Of a stretch of DNA of 64,000 nt, positions 27,435 to 41,105 are shown in pieces. Source of the stretch: Octopus vulgaris (lineage: Eukaryota); NCBI GenBank assembly GCA_951406725.2, contig OX597818.1, positions 16,864,001-16,928,000 of the forward strand, read 5' to 3'. The notes under the pieces were generated by a model. The model was not told the DNA's origin, did not search any database, and saw only the letters and a list, made by a program, of their open reading frames with translations. Position numbers and translations under genes: made by a program. The first letter of the stretch is position 1, and the number at the start of each line of letters is the position of its first letter.

Positions 27435-28254
27435 GTATACCAACTTCTTCCATTGTTAACATTCTTTGTTGGTTTGTGAATTAATGATTCCATTTGTGGC
27501 TGTGTGAAAAATTACATGCATTTACAAATGATCACATAACACACAAAAAACAAACGTGTGCAAGCACACAAATATCTTAAGAACAGATATGGATAACTTA
27601 GAATGAACTTGTAGCTTCAAACAAATGAACAAATTCTACTGCATGCATATACATACATATGATGAATTCTCTCTGAAATGAGGGTTCAGTAAAATAAAGC
27701 AGTAATCATGTTCTATGGGTATTGAATGTATCTCTTGAGGCCTGCTGGTGCCTTGCAAGCCTTTCAGCAAAGGGAACAAGTTGAGGACTGAGTTTTTTTG
27801 AGTGCTTGTGGATCGTTAACTATGTGTATTCTTGAGTGGATGGCAAGGCCTGCTTTACTTCATGTCACAAAACCACAATGACAGGTAAGGATTTCATTTA
27901 GAGGAGCAGTGTTTTGCCAGTGTGCCTTCATGCTTGCATGAAGTTGGTCCCAGTGTAAGTCGACTTTGCTCAAATCTTTGAACTGAGGAGAAGCAGGACT
28001 GGCGCCAGGTCCTGCATTCTGATACTTTATTTTCCTCAGGAATAAAGGGAATGTTTCATTGCTTCAGATTGTCTTTTAGTTTGTCTTTGAGGTGCAAGAG
28101 TGCCCTTCCAACTGACCTTCCTGTTGGGAATTAGCCAAAGAGAAGTTGCTTTGGAATTCCGATATCACTTATGACTACATAGTTAAATAATTTGCTATGC
28201 AATAAAATGCTTCCTGTCTTGATGTCACTGCACACCAGCTTGGGCTCAACTGGA

Positions 28255-28506
28255 AGATCCATGGCTCACTTATTGCAGTCACAACACTTCATTAACCAAG
28301 AGGAAGTGGAAGCTTCAGTGAAGGAGTTGTTCACCTCAAAGTACAAGAACTGGTATGAGCCCGGGATGAAGGAACTAGCAGAAATGTGGCTTCAGATGGT
28401 ACAACTTGATGACCTCCACTTTGAATGCTGGGTTGCTTTTGTTGTAACTTGATGTATAAAGCAAATAAGTGACCAAAATATTACAAAACTTTTGATTCAA
28501 CACAAC
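28255..28506 (+). mobile_element. Mariner transposase 3' fragment with right end
   Basis: ORF tail FINQEEVEASVKELFTSKYKNWYEPGMKELAEMWLQMVQLDDLHFE resembles a mariner C-terminus. Confidence 0.75.
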
Positions 28507-28578
28507 ACAGAAATGCCTTTATATATCAATTGTATTATTTATGTGAATCATCTAATATAATAATGAGTTTTTATATAC

Positions 28579-28622
<44 letters not shown>

Positions 28623-28828
28623 TTGTCCAAAATGATCATGCAGTAGGAGGGAGGGAGAGAAAGTAATAACAATGAGAGGGGGGAGTGGTAAAGAGAGCAT
28701 TGTGTCCACACATCATTGAGGAGGTGAAATGAGAGTAACAGCTGTGATAGGAATGCAGTTTGGGAGTGTTTTTATATATATATATATTTTTGTCATCATG
28801 TATTTAAACATATACATATATACGTATT

Positions 28829-28861
<33 letters not shown>

Positions 28862-28879
28862 TTATATATATGTATATTG

Positions 28880-29641
28880 TAATGGAGGAAATGTAACAAA
28901 GTTAACAATCAAATATGTATTCTTTATTCCAACGTAAGATCTTGGGAAAGGTTTTTCTTGAAATAGATATTAACAGGATTATCATTAAAAAGAAAAGTTA
29001 AAGACTGTTGATACTGTCATGTCCGGCACATCCTACTACATTATATATGCCTGCAGAGGCGGACATTCAGAAGAATCATTTCACAGGTTAAATGTTTTGT
29101 TGCTATTTTATGAAGATCATTTGCTCTGATATTTCAGTTCCAATGTGTGTGTCTATTTATGGTATATAGTGTTTGTTATCAGTTCACTGATAATTTTAGT
29201 TGAACCCAGTGAGAGGTTTACTCAATGGGACCCGGATCTTAGTGCTGTCTATCAAGGATTTTTTTTATTCATGGAAAAATACTTAGTGTTCTAGTGAGAC
29301 AATCCTTCCCTTTAGTATGAGTAAACAGTTTCCTGTTATTCCAGGATTTGCAATGACTAGAAACAAATCACAAGGGTAGAGCTTCAATGATGTTAGTATC
29401 ATCCTACCATCACTAGTATTCAGCCGTGGACAATTTTATGTTGCATTGAGTAGATGTGGAAGCAGTAATAATATTAAAATGTTGGTAAATGACCATCCAA
29501 AACAAAGGCGAACTCATTGGTAGTTGGATTTTCACTAGAAGCGTGGTGTTGAAGCTATTACTAAGTTAAAGGTTGTAATCTTTTAATTTTATTTTCCGTA
29601 TCATTTTCTGGCTGTCATTTCTGACAGCACAGATACACTAG
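28880..29641 (+). mobile_element. Helitron remnant (PIF1 helicase C-terminus and 3' end)
   Basis: From 29326: QFPVIPGFAMTRNKSQG*...VFSRGQFYVALSR. Hairpin GCTGTCA-tttc-TGACAGC at 29611-29628, CTAG at 29638-29641, then T. The 5' boundary is approximate. Confidence 0.9.
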
Positions 29642-30228
29642 TTGTGAAATAATTAAAAGTGATTTGAAAACCACTACAGCAATGCCTGTTGGAAGTAAAA
29701 TCCCAAGCCAAAATAAGAAAAGAAGGTTTAGACTTTAAATTTATATTACAGTATTTCAGCTTAAAAACCTTTCTCAATGTAAAATAACAATGTAGGTTGA
29801 GCTTGGCTCTATGGATTTGTTTATGGTGTTCTTCAAATTTGAAAGTTCATTCTGTCCATAATATGAGCGTTTTATATAGAGTGGTACCACTGTATTTTCA
29901 ACTGAATGTCTGTATGTAGTCAGATGTAAAAAGAAAAAAAAAATTTTTTTATAAAAAAAAAAGTATTCTGTATATCACTGCATTGACCACACTATCAGAT
30001 GTTACAATGGTCACAATGCGCTTCCTCACAATATTAGTAGCTTTGAAATGATAGCACTTCTTTGGTTAGGTGGGCAAGCCAACATTGCCTATTTTATATT
30101 TATATAACACATTACCTATTTGCAATTTAGAGGATTGGAGTAACATGAAATGAAGTATTTTGCTCAAGAATGATTCAATGTCTATCTGAGAAGTGAAACT
30201 ATAACCTTGTGATATATATATACATATA

Positions 30229-30486
30229 TAATAACAAAGGGTAAAATTAATTAATTAAGAAGTAATCAATAATTTCACCAAGTAGAATTTGGCATGAAAA
30301 AAGGACCATTTCATGGTAAACTTAAGTAATACTTAATAATTAGGGTTCAGCAAAGATTTGCTTTACCACATACCAAAGTTTAGAAATAGCAGCCAAAAAA
30401 CGTTAGCTATTTCTTCTACTTTAAAAAAGGACTCCCAGAAAAACCAAAATACTTGAAAACAATCCACACAGGCAGAGATGGTTTCG
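30229..30486. mobile_element. (TA)n-inserted short element, non-fold-back copy of 24240-24477
   Basis: Near-identical sequence, with an internal stem AGAAATAGC/GCTATTTCT at 30382-30414. Confidence 0.85.
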
Positions 30487-30707
30487 TATATATATATATT
30501 TAGATTGATAGAAAGAGCATTTTCAGTTTTTTAAAGCTAAATCTATTCTGTTGCTACAATGAATTCCTCCTTTCCATATGATGTTCATTTTGCAAATCCA
30601 GTAAAGCTGACGTGTGTGCATGTGTTAGTGAGTGTGTGTAGAGAGAGAGTGTTTAATTATCATTGACTATGCAACATCTTTCAATTGTTTCAAATTTTAC
30701 CTTTCAG

Positions 30708-30883
30708 GTCCCAGTGCCCCAAACATTTTGAACTTGACAGTGCTGTCACCAACCAGCATACATGTTCAGTGGGATATACCCGAGGTGGTGTACAAGGACA
30801 TCGATGGCTACCTCATTCAGCTCACCCGCCTCGACAGAAACTCCTTCCAGATTACAAAGAAGATAGCCAATACTGAAAGTGAA
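30708..30883 (+). CDS. PTP99A-like exon G, FN3 #4 N-half
   Basis: Acceptor cctttcag| and donor |gtaagg. Translates GPSAPNILNLTVLSPTSIHVQWDIPEVVYKDIDGYLIQLTRLDRNSFQITKKIANTESE. TDV.GPSAP.ILNLT and Y..ID.Y recall the membrane-proximal FN3 of PTP99A-family proteins (from memory). Confidence 0.93.
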
Positions 30884-31905
30884 GTAAGGCATACTGTAAT
30901 AGCATTACATTAACACTGTTTTCGATCTGTTGGTCTCTACAGTATATTGAGGCCATGACAGAGCATTTGTTATGCTAGAAATAGTTGTCAAAGCTACCTT
31001 AATTTACATACGTCATCATCGTTTAGAGTCCGCTTTCCATGCTGGCATGGGTTGGACGGTGCAACTGGGGTCTGGGAAGCCAGAAGGCTGCACCAGGCCC
31101 AGTCTAAACTGGCAATGTTTCTACGGCTGGATGCCCTTCCTAACGCCAACCACTCCGTGAGTGTAGTGGGTACTTTTTACGTGCCAGACGAGGCTGGCAA
31201 ACGGCCACGATCGGATGGTGCTAATGAAGGTTGTATTAAATTATCATTTAAAAAAATAAGACAGAGCTGGATTAACCTTTAGCATATGCTTGCTGAACAT
31301 TGCAGCTAATCTTTAGTGTAAACTTGTATGCATCAGTGTGCACATGCATAAATATCCATAAGTTCAACAATAAACAGTGCAATAGACTACCACTGCATAG
31401 CACATTCCTGTTAATACATTATTATAGATTATAGAAACAGATCATTCCATGCACTGGCCTCTAAAATAGCAAACATGCATTTACATTCATGCCAGGGACA
31501 TGAAATGCTTCCCTATAGAATATGCATATCAGAATGAATGAAGACATTTTTGTGTCAGTTTTCTATAGCTATGGAATACATATGAATTCACACTATATTA
31601 ATATTGATATATTAGTTGTGACCATATGCAATTTATGGGTCTGAGTGCATCCTTAGAATGCCTCATACTCCCCCTCCCCCCAAACTTGTATATACATTCC
31701 AATAGGCAACATAATATATTGCTTCCTTAATTCCTTATTATTGTCCATTCTCAGATTGCAGCAACGTTATCACTGTCTATATATGTGTGTGTGTGTGTAT
31801 ACATATAAATATGCATATGAGGCACCTTGGGTAAGTGTCTTCTTCTGTAGCCTTGGGCTGACCAAAGCCTTGTGAGTGAATTTGGTAGGTGGGAGTTCCT
31901 TATAT

Positions 31906-32071
31906 AGGCGCAGGAGTGGCTGTGTGGAAAGTAGCTTATTTACCAACCACATGGTTCCGGGTTCAGTTGCACTGCGTGGCACCTTGGGCAAGTGTCTTCT
32001 GCTATAGCCTTGGGCCGACCAAAGCCTTGTGAGTGGATTTGGTAGACGGAAACTGAAAGAAGCCCGTCGTA

Positions 32072-32104
<33 letters not shown>

Positions 32105-32318
32105 GCATGTGTGTGTTTGTGTGTCTGTGTTTGTCCCCCTAGCATCGCTTGACAACCGAGGCTGGTGGGTTTATGTCCCCATTACTTAGCGGTTCGACAA
32201 AAGAGACGGATAGAATAAGTACTGGGCTTACAAAAGAATAAGTCCCGGGGTCGAGTTGCTCGATTAAAGGCAGTGCTCCAGCATGGCCGCAGTCAAATGA
32301 CTGAAACAAGTAAAAGAG
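31906..32318 (+). mobile_element. tRNA-derived SINE, family 1
   Basis: Head aggcgcaggagtggctgtgtgg...ggttccgggttcagt and tail aatgactgaaacaagtaaaagag. Inverted copies at 46802-47184 and 57548-57992; partial copies at ~380-720, 10730-10965, 25056-25220 and 37640-37840. Confidence 0.9.
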
Positions 32319-33208
32319 TGAGAAAGAGAATATATATGTGTATGTGTGTATATATATATATGTGTGTGTGTGTAATATATATACACCCGCATAACTGGTT
32401 CTTACACTTAGCTTCTACCAAATCCACTCAAGGTTTTGGTCTGCTTGAGATAATGTAGAAAGCATTTGCCCTTTGGTACCCCACAGTCTCATATGTATAT
32501 ACCTATGCCTCCAAACATATGTACATGTATACGTAGACATACATACACTGACATATGGATGTGTACTCACAAATATATGCTTATACATACAAGCATATAT
32601 ATGCATGCTCATGCACACTCATGTGCACAATACTGAGAAGTGAGAGTGTGTATTTGCTTCTGTGCACATTCATGCTCAACACTATAGGCATGATAGATAA
32701 TGTATGTGCATGCAAGTACAAGGGGAGTACTGAATGTTCCTGGTTTTGGGTAAAAGAAAACATACAAGGATCAGTCAATTATGATTTTATTCAACATATT
32801 TTCCTCTCAGATTCACATGCTTATTACAGCAGTCCTTCAATTTTTCTAAACCCTGTGAAAGAACTTGGAAGGTTGGGCCTCCAACCAAGCCTTTCGTGAT
32901 ACCTTTAAAGACAGGAACTTTTCAGTACCCGCCTCGTGTATACATGAAGTCTTATGTAAAGGACTAATTATGTGACATGTAAGAGTAGGAATGTGTGATG
33001 AAGTATGTATATGGAGATGTATGTTCATTATGTCGTCTGCACATATCAAATATGGTTTGCATGCATGTAAAAGTTAAGGCATATTTGTAGGAACAACAAA
33101 GTGAGGCTGCATTTGCATATGTGTACTTGAACAATTATGAAACAGTGTACGTATTTGGTTTCAACTGTTATCTGCAGGCATCAACATGTCTCCATTTTCT
33201 ATTTCCAG

Positions 33209-33335
33209 GCAACAGTAGAAGATTTATTTCCAAATAAAAAATATTCATTAAAGGTTGCTGGGCATACAAAAAGCATTTTTTCACAGATGACCCATGTTGG
33301 TAATTTTTCTGAAGTGATGTATTTTGAACTTAAAG
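33209..33335 (+). CDS. PTP99A-like exon H, FN3 #4 C-half
   Basis: Acceptor atttccag| and donor |gtaaga. Translates ATVEDLFPNKKYSLKVAGHTKSIFSQMTHVGNFSEVMYFELK. Confidence 0.93.
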
Positions 33336-34239
33336 GTAAGAAGGCCTTTCAGCTTTTATCTTCCAATATTCTACCCTATCCTACCCTTTCCCCTCACCCT
33401 TCCCACTACCCATTTTTTTTGTATTTGTTGCAGGGGCAGTTTAATTATCAATATAATTATAATTCTCTCTCTCTATATATATATATGCATGTGTGTGTGT
33501 GTGTGATATAATTAATTGTTGAGCACTTTGAGTGAATAAATACCTAATTAGTCAAATTGTGATGTACCTTATGAGATTTATATGTGTCCAGTTGATACTT
33601 ATATGTGTGTCTGAGTCTACATAGATATATGTGTGTGTGTGTGTGTGTTTGTTTATGTATACATGTGTGTATGTGTATAGGTGTGAAGCAACCAAGGAAA
33701 GATGCAGACGAAGAAACAATCTACTTCTGGTAAATGGTACACGTATTCAACTGGATATACATATATATATATAAAACAGACTATTCTCAGCCAAATTGAT
33801 AGCCTTGATGTGGCCATTGGAAGAGACTGCTTACCAAGATCCTGGTGATTGTTAAGTATTCCCATGGCTGCAACCCTTGTTAAATATTCCTTGACGCCAT
33901 TGATGACTTTGGATATCATCTGAAAGGAAGCAGAATGCCACTGGAATTCAGTTGCAATAGACTGAATCAACCGAAAATAAAAGATCAGTATGTCTGTGTG
34001 TGTGTGTGTGTGTGAAGTTAATGTCTGGTTTATGTATAATTATATATAAAACAAACAGCAATTGAAGAATCACTTAGTACACTTAAAAAGTATGTCACAT
34101 TTATTTATATTTTTCATGGATAGTGTGTGCTTGTATGTATACACACATGCATATATGTACATCTCCGTCTTTCTCTGTATGTGTGTGAGTGTGTATGAAT
34201 GAAGAATATGAGGGGTTTTATTCACTGCATAAGTACTAT

Positions 34240-36560
34240 GATCACACTCGTATGGTGCTCTGTGCACCCCGCTAGCACGGGTGCCAGTCATCAAATTTCA
34301 TTTTGATTTCACTTGCCTCAACAGGTCTTCACAAGTAGAGTTTAGTGTTCAATGAAGGAAAAGCTACGCATAAGGTTATGGTCTCATTTGGCTTGCCAGA
34401 TCTTCTCAAGCACAGTATATTTCCAAAAGTCTCGGTCACTAATCATTTCCTTGGTGAGGCCTAAAGTTCAAAGGTCGTGCTTCACCACTTCATCCCAGGT
34501 CTTCCTGGGTCTACTTCTTCCACAGGTTCCCTCAACCGCTAGAGTGTGGCACTTTTTCACACAGCTATCCTCATCCATTCTCGCCACATGTCCATACCAG
34601 CGCAGTCGTCTCTCTTGCACACCACGTCTGATGCTTCTTAGGTCCAACTTTTTTCTCAAGGTACTTACACTCTGTCGAGTATGCACACTGACATTACACA
34701 TCCATCAGATCATACTGGCTTCATTCTTTGCAAGCTTATGCATGTCCTCAGCAGTCACAGCCCATGTTTCACTGCCATGTAGCATGGCTGTTCATACACG
34801 TGTCATACTGTATACCTTTTATTCTGAGCGAGAAGCCCTTTGTCACCAACAGAGGTAAGAGCTCTCTGAACTTTGCCCAAGCTATTCTTATTCTAGCAGC
34901 TACACTTTCAGTGCACCCTCCCCCGCTACTGACTTGGTCACGAAAGCTATCAACTACTTCTAGATTTTCTCCCTGGAATGTGGCGGAAGTTGTTCGCTGT
35001 GCATTTTCAATGTTTATTGCACCCGAGGATCTGCCACATACAAAAGCTATCTTCCCAGTTAGCCTTCCTTTGATATTACTGCACCTCTTATGTGTCCATA
35101 GCTTACACTGGGTACATCTTATAGGAGTTTCTACCTACGCCTCTACTACAGATCGAGCAGGGCCATCTACCTGAAGGGATTTGTGGTTTGCCTACCTTCC
35201 TACTTATTAGGACTTTGGTTTTAGCTGGGTTGACTCTAAGGCCCTTCGATTCTAATCCTTGTTTCCACACTTGAAACTTCTCCTCTAGTTCTGATAGTGA
35301 CTCAGCAATTAGAGCAAGGTCATCTGCATAGAGGAGCTCCCAGGGGCATCCTGTCTTGAATTCCTCCGTTATTGCCTGGAGGACTATGATAAATAGGAGG
35401 GGGCTGAGGACTGAACCTTGGTAGACCCCTACCTCTACCCGGAATTCTTCACTGTACTCACCTTACTAGCAGCATCCCTGTACATGGCTTGCATGTTTCT
35501 CACTAACCATTCATCTATCCCTAGTTTCCTCATTGACCACCAGATAAGGGATCGGGGGACCTTGTCAAAGGCTTTCTCCATGTCAACGAAAGCCAGGTAC
35601 AGGGGCTTATCTTTGGCTAGGTATTTCTCCTGTAGCTGTCTTACCAGATATATAGCATCAGTGGTGCTTTTCCCTGGCATGAACCCAAACTGCATCTCAT
35701 CCAAACTAACTCTCTCCCTAATTAGTTGGGCTATGACCTTCTTCATTACCTGATCCAACAGCTTGATACCTCTGTAATTTTTTGTATCTAAAGTGTTACC
35801 TTTACTTTTGTAGCAGTTGACTATTATGCTGCTACATCAGTCATTGGGTATGACTCCTTCGTGTATCACCTGGTTAACTATACGGGTGACTAGGCTATAG
35901 CCGACACTACCAGATATTTTGAGCATCTCTGCAGTAATTCCTGATGGGCCTGGGGCTTTCCCTGTCTTCATACTTTTAATTACTTTATCTATCAAGGTAC
36001 TGTCAACTGTCAACTCGGATAGCTGGTCCCTCTGTTGGGTCGACATTCGGCAGACTCTCTTTCTCCCATTCATTTTCTTTATTCAGCAACTTTTCATAGT
36101 GGCGTCTCTAAACCTCTCTCTTTGCAACCCCATTTAACGCAAGAGAACTATCATCCATGCGGACACATTTCTCTCCTACAACATTACAATCCTCTTTCAC
36201 ACACTGTCTTGCAACACAAAATACCTCAAGTCTTTGATCCTCACAGCACAGAACATTGGCAAATTTTTTCTTATCTGCTTCCCCTCTAGCTAAATAAACC
36301 TGTCTCCTAGCTTCTCTTCTGGCAGTCTGATACAATTCCCTGCTACCACCATTCTTCCAGTCCTTCCAAGCCTGTTTCTTTTCTCTAATAGCCCTGTCAA
36401 CAACATTGTTCCACCACCATGTTATTTTGGGTCAAGAGGGGACTTTGCACCATCCACAGATCTGGTCAGTGGCTCTCAGCAGGTTGTCCTGTAGAAACCT
36501 CCAGTTGTCTTCTACACTATGTGAAGCTATATCCACTTCTATTTCGTCTAAGTCTTCGAG
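34240..36560 (-). mobile_element. RTE LINE, 5'-truncated, largest copy
   Basis: Peptides QFGFMPGKSTTDAIYLVRQLQEKY, AFVDMEKAFDKVPR, ELLYADDLALIAE (~35301-35339) and RRLRWYGHVARM, with frameshifts. Confidence 0.96.
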
Positions 36561-37746
36561 TAATATGTCTATAAATCTCTCTCTATATATATATGTACTC
36601 CCTCAGACTATATATACACACACATACATAGTTTGATGAAGCAAATAACTAGTGAAACATCACCAGTTATCCAATTATGAGCTTCATCAGACAAATCCAA
36701 CAACTAACAAGACTTTTGAAATGAGTCCAGCTTTCACTTGTGTAAACAAATGTGTCTGAGCATTATTGAATGTCTGATTTCCATGCTGGCATAGGTTTGA
36801 TTGTTTGACAGTATAATGTTTGTATGTATGCATACAAGAGTGTGTTCTGTGTATGAGGTAAGATTGCTAGTCACTAAATTATTTATCTGATAGGCCAAGT
36901 TGCAGGAGCAACTCCACTGTAGCTATTTGGTAATTCACATAGTTTTCAATTCTTCTCAAATCCCATTTTATTGAAGAAGGAAATACTCATGTAAATAGTT
37001 TAAGATGCCATATAAAGATATGAAAAGTAAGCCTGAGTCTTATAGTGTAAACGATTTCATAAGATTAAGCATTTTTAACTTGGAAGAGGCCTGAGTGAAG
37101 ATAGATATAAATTTAAAAACCCTATTTCTTAGAATTTCTTAAATTGGAAAATGGTAAGTCTAAATTCCTTAAATTTATCTTTTGCTTTCCTTTTATGTAA
37201 ATATATATCATCATCATTGTCATCAGCATCATTTAATATCCAATTTTCTATGCTTGCATGGGGCTGAATGGAATTTATCAAGGTGGATTTTCTATGGCCA
37301 GATGCCCTTCCTGTTGCCAACCCTCACTTGACTCCAAGTATGGTAATATCTCCCCATGATCAGACATATTTTTGTGGAAAACTGTAAATATGTTTGATGA
37401 TGACACTTGTTTTACAACTCTCATGCAAAGTAGATGTGATGAGACAGTAACACACACACACATACACCAACCACACAACAAGCTTCTTTCAGTTTCTGAC
37501 TACTGAATGCACATACAAAGCCCTGGTTGGTCTGGAATTATAATAGAGAACACTTGTCCAAGTTGTCACACTGTTGGAGTGAACCCAAAACCACATGGAT
37601 TGGAAGCTTCTTAGCACATGCTATAAGAATATAGGCATACATGTATTCTTTTATATGTTTGTCATTTGACTGCAGCCATGCTAGAGCACCACTTTATAGG
37701 GTTTTAGTTGAAGGAATCAGTCCCAGAACTTATTCTTTGTAAGCAT

Positions 37747-37798
<52 letters not shown>

Positions 37799-38144
37799 GC
37801 TTCTTTCAGTTTCTATCTTCCAAATCCACTCACAAGGCTTTCATGCATGTGTCTGTATATATTTGTACACAAACACGCATATTTAAAAATCCTGTAATAT
37901 AACTACTTTTTCCTTATTTCAAGTATAAAACCTTGCTGCCACCTTCCAGATCCTACTTCCTCTGCCCTTGTTGAACTTTCACCCTCAAACAGCCTTTCTT
38001 TTTTTTTCTCTTTTTTACCTTCCCATCATTTTTTCCTTGTTGTTATCACATGCTACTTAATATCCTGTGGTATTTATGGTGATTTCATAGGTTTTACAGG
38101 TGACATAATCTTTGGGTTTTAAATTGATCATAATCTTTCTAGAG

Positions 38145-38483
38145 TGAAGACGCATGGCTCAGTGGTTAGAGCGTTGAGCTTACGATCACGAGGTTGTGAG
38201 TTCGAATCCCGGGCGGGGCTGTGTGTTGTGTTCTTGAGCAAGACACTTTATTTCATGTTGCTCCAGTTCACTCAGCTGTAGAAATGAGTTGTGACGTCAC
38301 AGGTACCAAGCTGTATTGGCCCCTTTGCCTTTCCCTTGGATAACACTAGTGGCATGGAGATGGGAGGCCGGTTTGCATGGGCGACTGCTGGTCTTCCATC
38401 AAAAACCTTTCCTGGACTTGTGCCTGGGAGGGTAACTTTCTAGGGTGCAATCCCATGGTCAGTCATGACCGAGGGGGGTCTCA
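38145..38483 (+). mobile_element. tRNA-derived SINE with intact Pol III A and B boxes
   Basis: A box TGGCTCAGTGG and B box GTTCGAATCC followed by a non-tRNA body. Flanked by the direct repeat aatctttctag. Confidence 0.88.
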
Positions 38484-39040
38484 GCAATCTTTCTAGCAAA
38501 TTCCTTTTTAATTATGAAGTAGTTTTTGTTTTCATAGCATTTTATAGTTCCTTTTCTTAATGTTGCTTACTACACACTATACTAAATACTTCTCATGTTC
38601 TTGAATGAAACAAAATTCTTGTTGTTGGACTCACTGTTTTTGATAAAGCCTACTTTATTAGTTATTCTGCGAAGGAATTAGTTTAGTGTTTTATTACTTC
38701 ATTTTATCATTCTGAGCTGGATTCCAGTAGAGATTGACTTTGTCTTTCATTACTAGTAACATAATCATGTAGGGCAATAATACAAAGCCATGTTTCTTCT
38801 CTACAATTTTCTGACTTTGCAACAATGTAAGAATTTATTATTATTTTCATTATTCCAAAGCTATTACATGCAAATTTAATTCTCAGGAATGTTGTCTTGA
38901 TGTTTGGTAACAACAAGAAGTCTCATTATTACCCTACGCATGTGCGTGAAAACAGGGTGTTGTAATCACTCGTCTTTGTTGATGTAATTGACTTTTCCCC
39001 ATCTCATCAAATTTCAAGCCTTGTGCCTACAGGAGAAAAG

Positions 39041-39074
<34 letters not shown>

Positions 39075-39884
39075 GGCAAGTTGGAAGTATTGTTAGCACA
39101 CTGGATAAAATGCTTAACAGCATTTCGTGTCTTTATATTCTAAGTTCAAATTTGACTGAGGTTGACTTTTTCTTTCATCCTTTCAGGGTTGATGAAATAA
39201 GTACCAGTTGAGTATTGGGGTCAATGTAATCAACTATTCTCCTCCTCCAAATGTCAGGTCTTGTGCCTATAGTAGAAAGGATTATTATTATTATCATTGA
39301 GAGAGAGTGGCACATGCCATCAAATTGACACTGGGGCACAAATGTACGAAGTTCAAAGTAGCTATCATAACTACCTGGCTGATGAGGGTACACTAGACAC
39401 ATGTATCATGTGTGACATGGTAATCTCATATCATGATAAGCAGTACATGACCTTGCAGGTGGGACCCAGTTAGAATTTTCTTCAGGTTGAGCAGCCCATC
39501 CTGCTCAAATTCTACTTTATACTTGCATTTTTAAGGTTCTCATCAGATGTACATGATGAATTCCTACTCTACCCACTTTCTCCGAAAATCTTATACAAAA
39601 AAGTAACAATATTATTTGCAGATTGCTTAGAATAAAGATGAGCTGCACACATAGATATATACACTCTCATTATTGAACTCAAAACTTCCAAGTTGTTTAT
39701 TTATAGTCTTCTGCAGATATTGTGTTGAAATCCTTTGAACCCTTTTTACTATATTTCTATTGAAATATACTGTTTTTGTTTCAAATAATTGTAAAAATAA
39801 TGAACAATTTTTGAAGCAGTTTTGTCATTAAACTGGTGTAGAATTTGGGGCAGTTTAGTCTAAGGCAGGTTAGTATTAAAAGTG

Positions 39885-40395
39885 TTAACCCTTTAGCATT
39901 CAGCGGTGGCACGTAAAAAGCACCATCTGATTGTGGCCGTTGCCAGCCTCGTCTGGCCCCCGTGCCGGTGGCACATAAAAAGCACCATCCGATTGTGGCC
40001 GTTTGCCAGCCTCGTCTGGCACCAGTGCAGGTGGCACGTAAAAAGCACCCACTACACTCATGGAGTGGTTGGCGTTAGGAAGGGCATCCAGCTGTAGAAA
40101 CACTGCCAGATCAGACTGGGCCTGGCGCAGCCTTCTGGCTTCCCAGACCCCAGGTGAACTGTCCAACCCATGCTAGCATGGAAAACGGATGTTAAACGAT
40201 GATGATGATTACTTGGTCTAATGTAATATTTATTGATTCGCTTGTTTAAAATTAATCATGCCTTAATTGATGGGAGTGTTTATTTTTAGAATGACACTCT
40301 AGGATACATGTGATAGGCTGAATCTGGCTGGTTTGAACATACACAAGATAGAATGCTTGGGCCTGTTATGGCCAGTTTGAATGCTGAAGGGTTAA
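39885..40395. mobile_element. piggyBac-type MITE interrupted by a SINE
   Basis: ttaaccctttagcatt ... aatgctgaagggttaa. Related copies at ~40595-40821, 42141-42680, ~48270-48400 and 62701-62929. Confidence 0.8.
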
Positions 40396-41105
40396 GCACA
40401 ACACATTTTGTTAGCTTTTAGAATTTACTTTACATTATGCAAGTCCTGAAAAACTTTCTGTGGTTCTCTTTTGGATCTTAATTATCAACGAGAGCGTGTG
40501 CACTTTTTTTTAGGTTTTGTAAGAGCATATCAATTGAAAGGCTCTGCTCTCCCACCCAACGCACTTCTGTGCAAGTTCATACTATTCTGAATAACTCTTT
40601 AGCAATCAGATTACTCTGTCAAACATAATACTTATCTATTCTAATACTTATCTTTTCACATTGTTTTGAATTAATCATGCTTTGTCTTGTAACTTCAAGA
40701 TTTCTAAGATGTGATTGTTTATTTTTAGAATGACATTGTAGGGTAGGTGTGAGAGGCCAGATCTGGCCTCAAAAGAGAATATTTGGGTGTGATATGGTTG
40801 GTTTAAATGCCAAATGGTTAAAGTCATTCATAGCTTCCTTCACCCAACACCCACTCCTTGGGCCTTTGTTTTTCATTTTCCAGTTTACTAATTATTATTC
40901 TTCCGTTTATTGTTCCACACCATGTTATATTTGATATTCCGCTGTAATTGTTTTTCTTTCTCTTTAAGACTTCTCACCATGTTTTTTTTTTTTTTTTTTG
41001 CTTTTTATCTTTGTTTTCTTTTCCTTTTGTCTTCCATCCATTCATTATTCATCCTGCCTTTCATCCAACCGTCTATCATTGATTGTTGATTTCTTCACTG
41101 TGTAG

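Noticed and set aside
33915-33990. CTGAAAGGA...CCGAAA with an internal hairpin
   Set aside because: Core spacing and stems I and III do not fit a hammerhead.
38145-38220. tRNA-like sequence with A and B boxes
   Set aside because: There is no proper acceptor stem, and it continues into a SINE body flanked by a direct repeat. It is a SINE head, not a tRNA gene.
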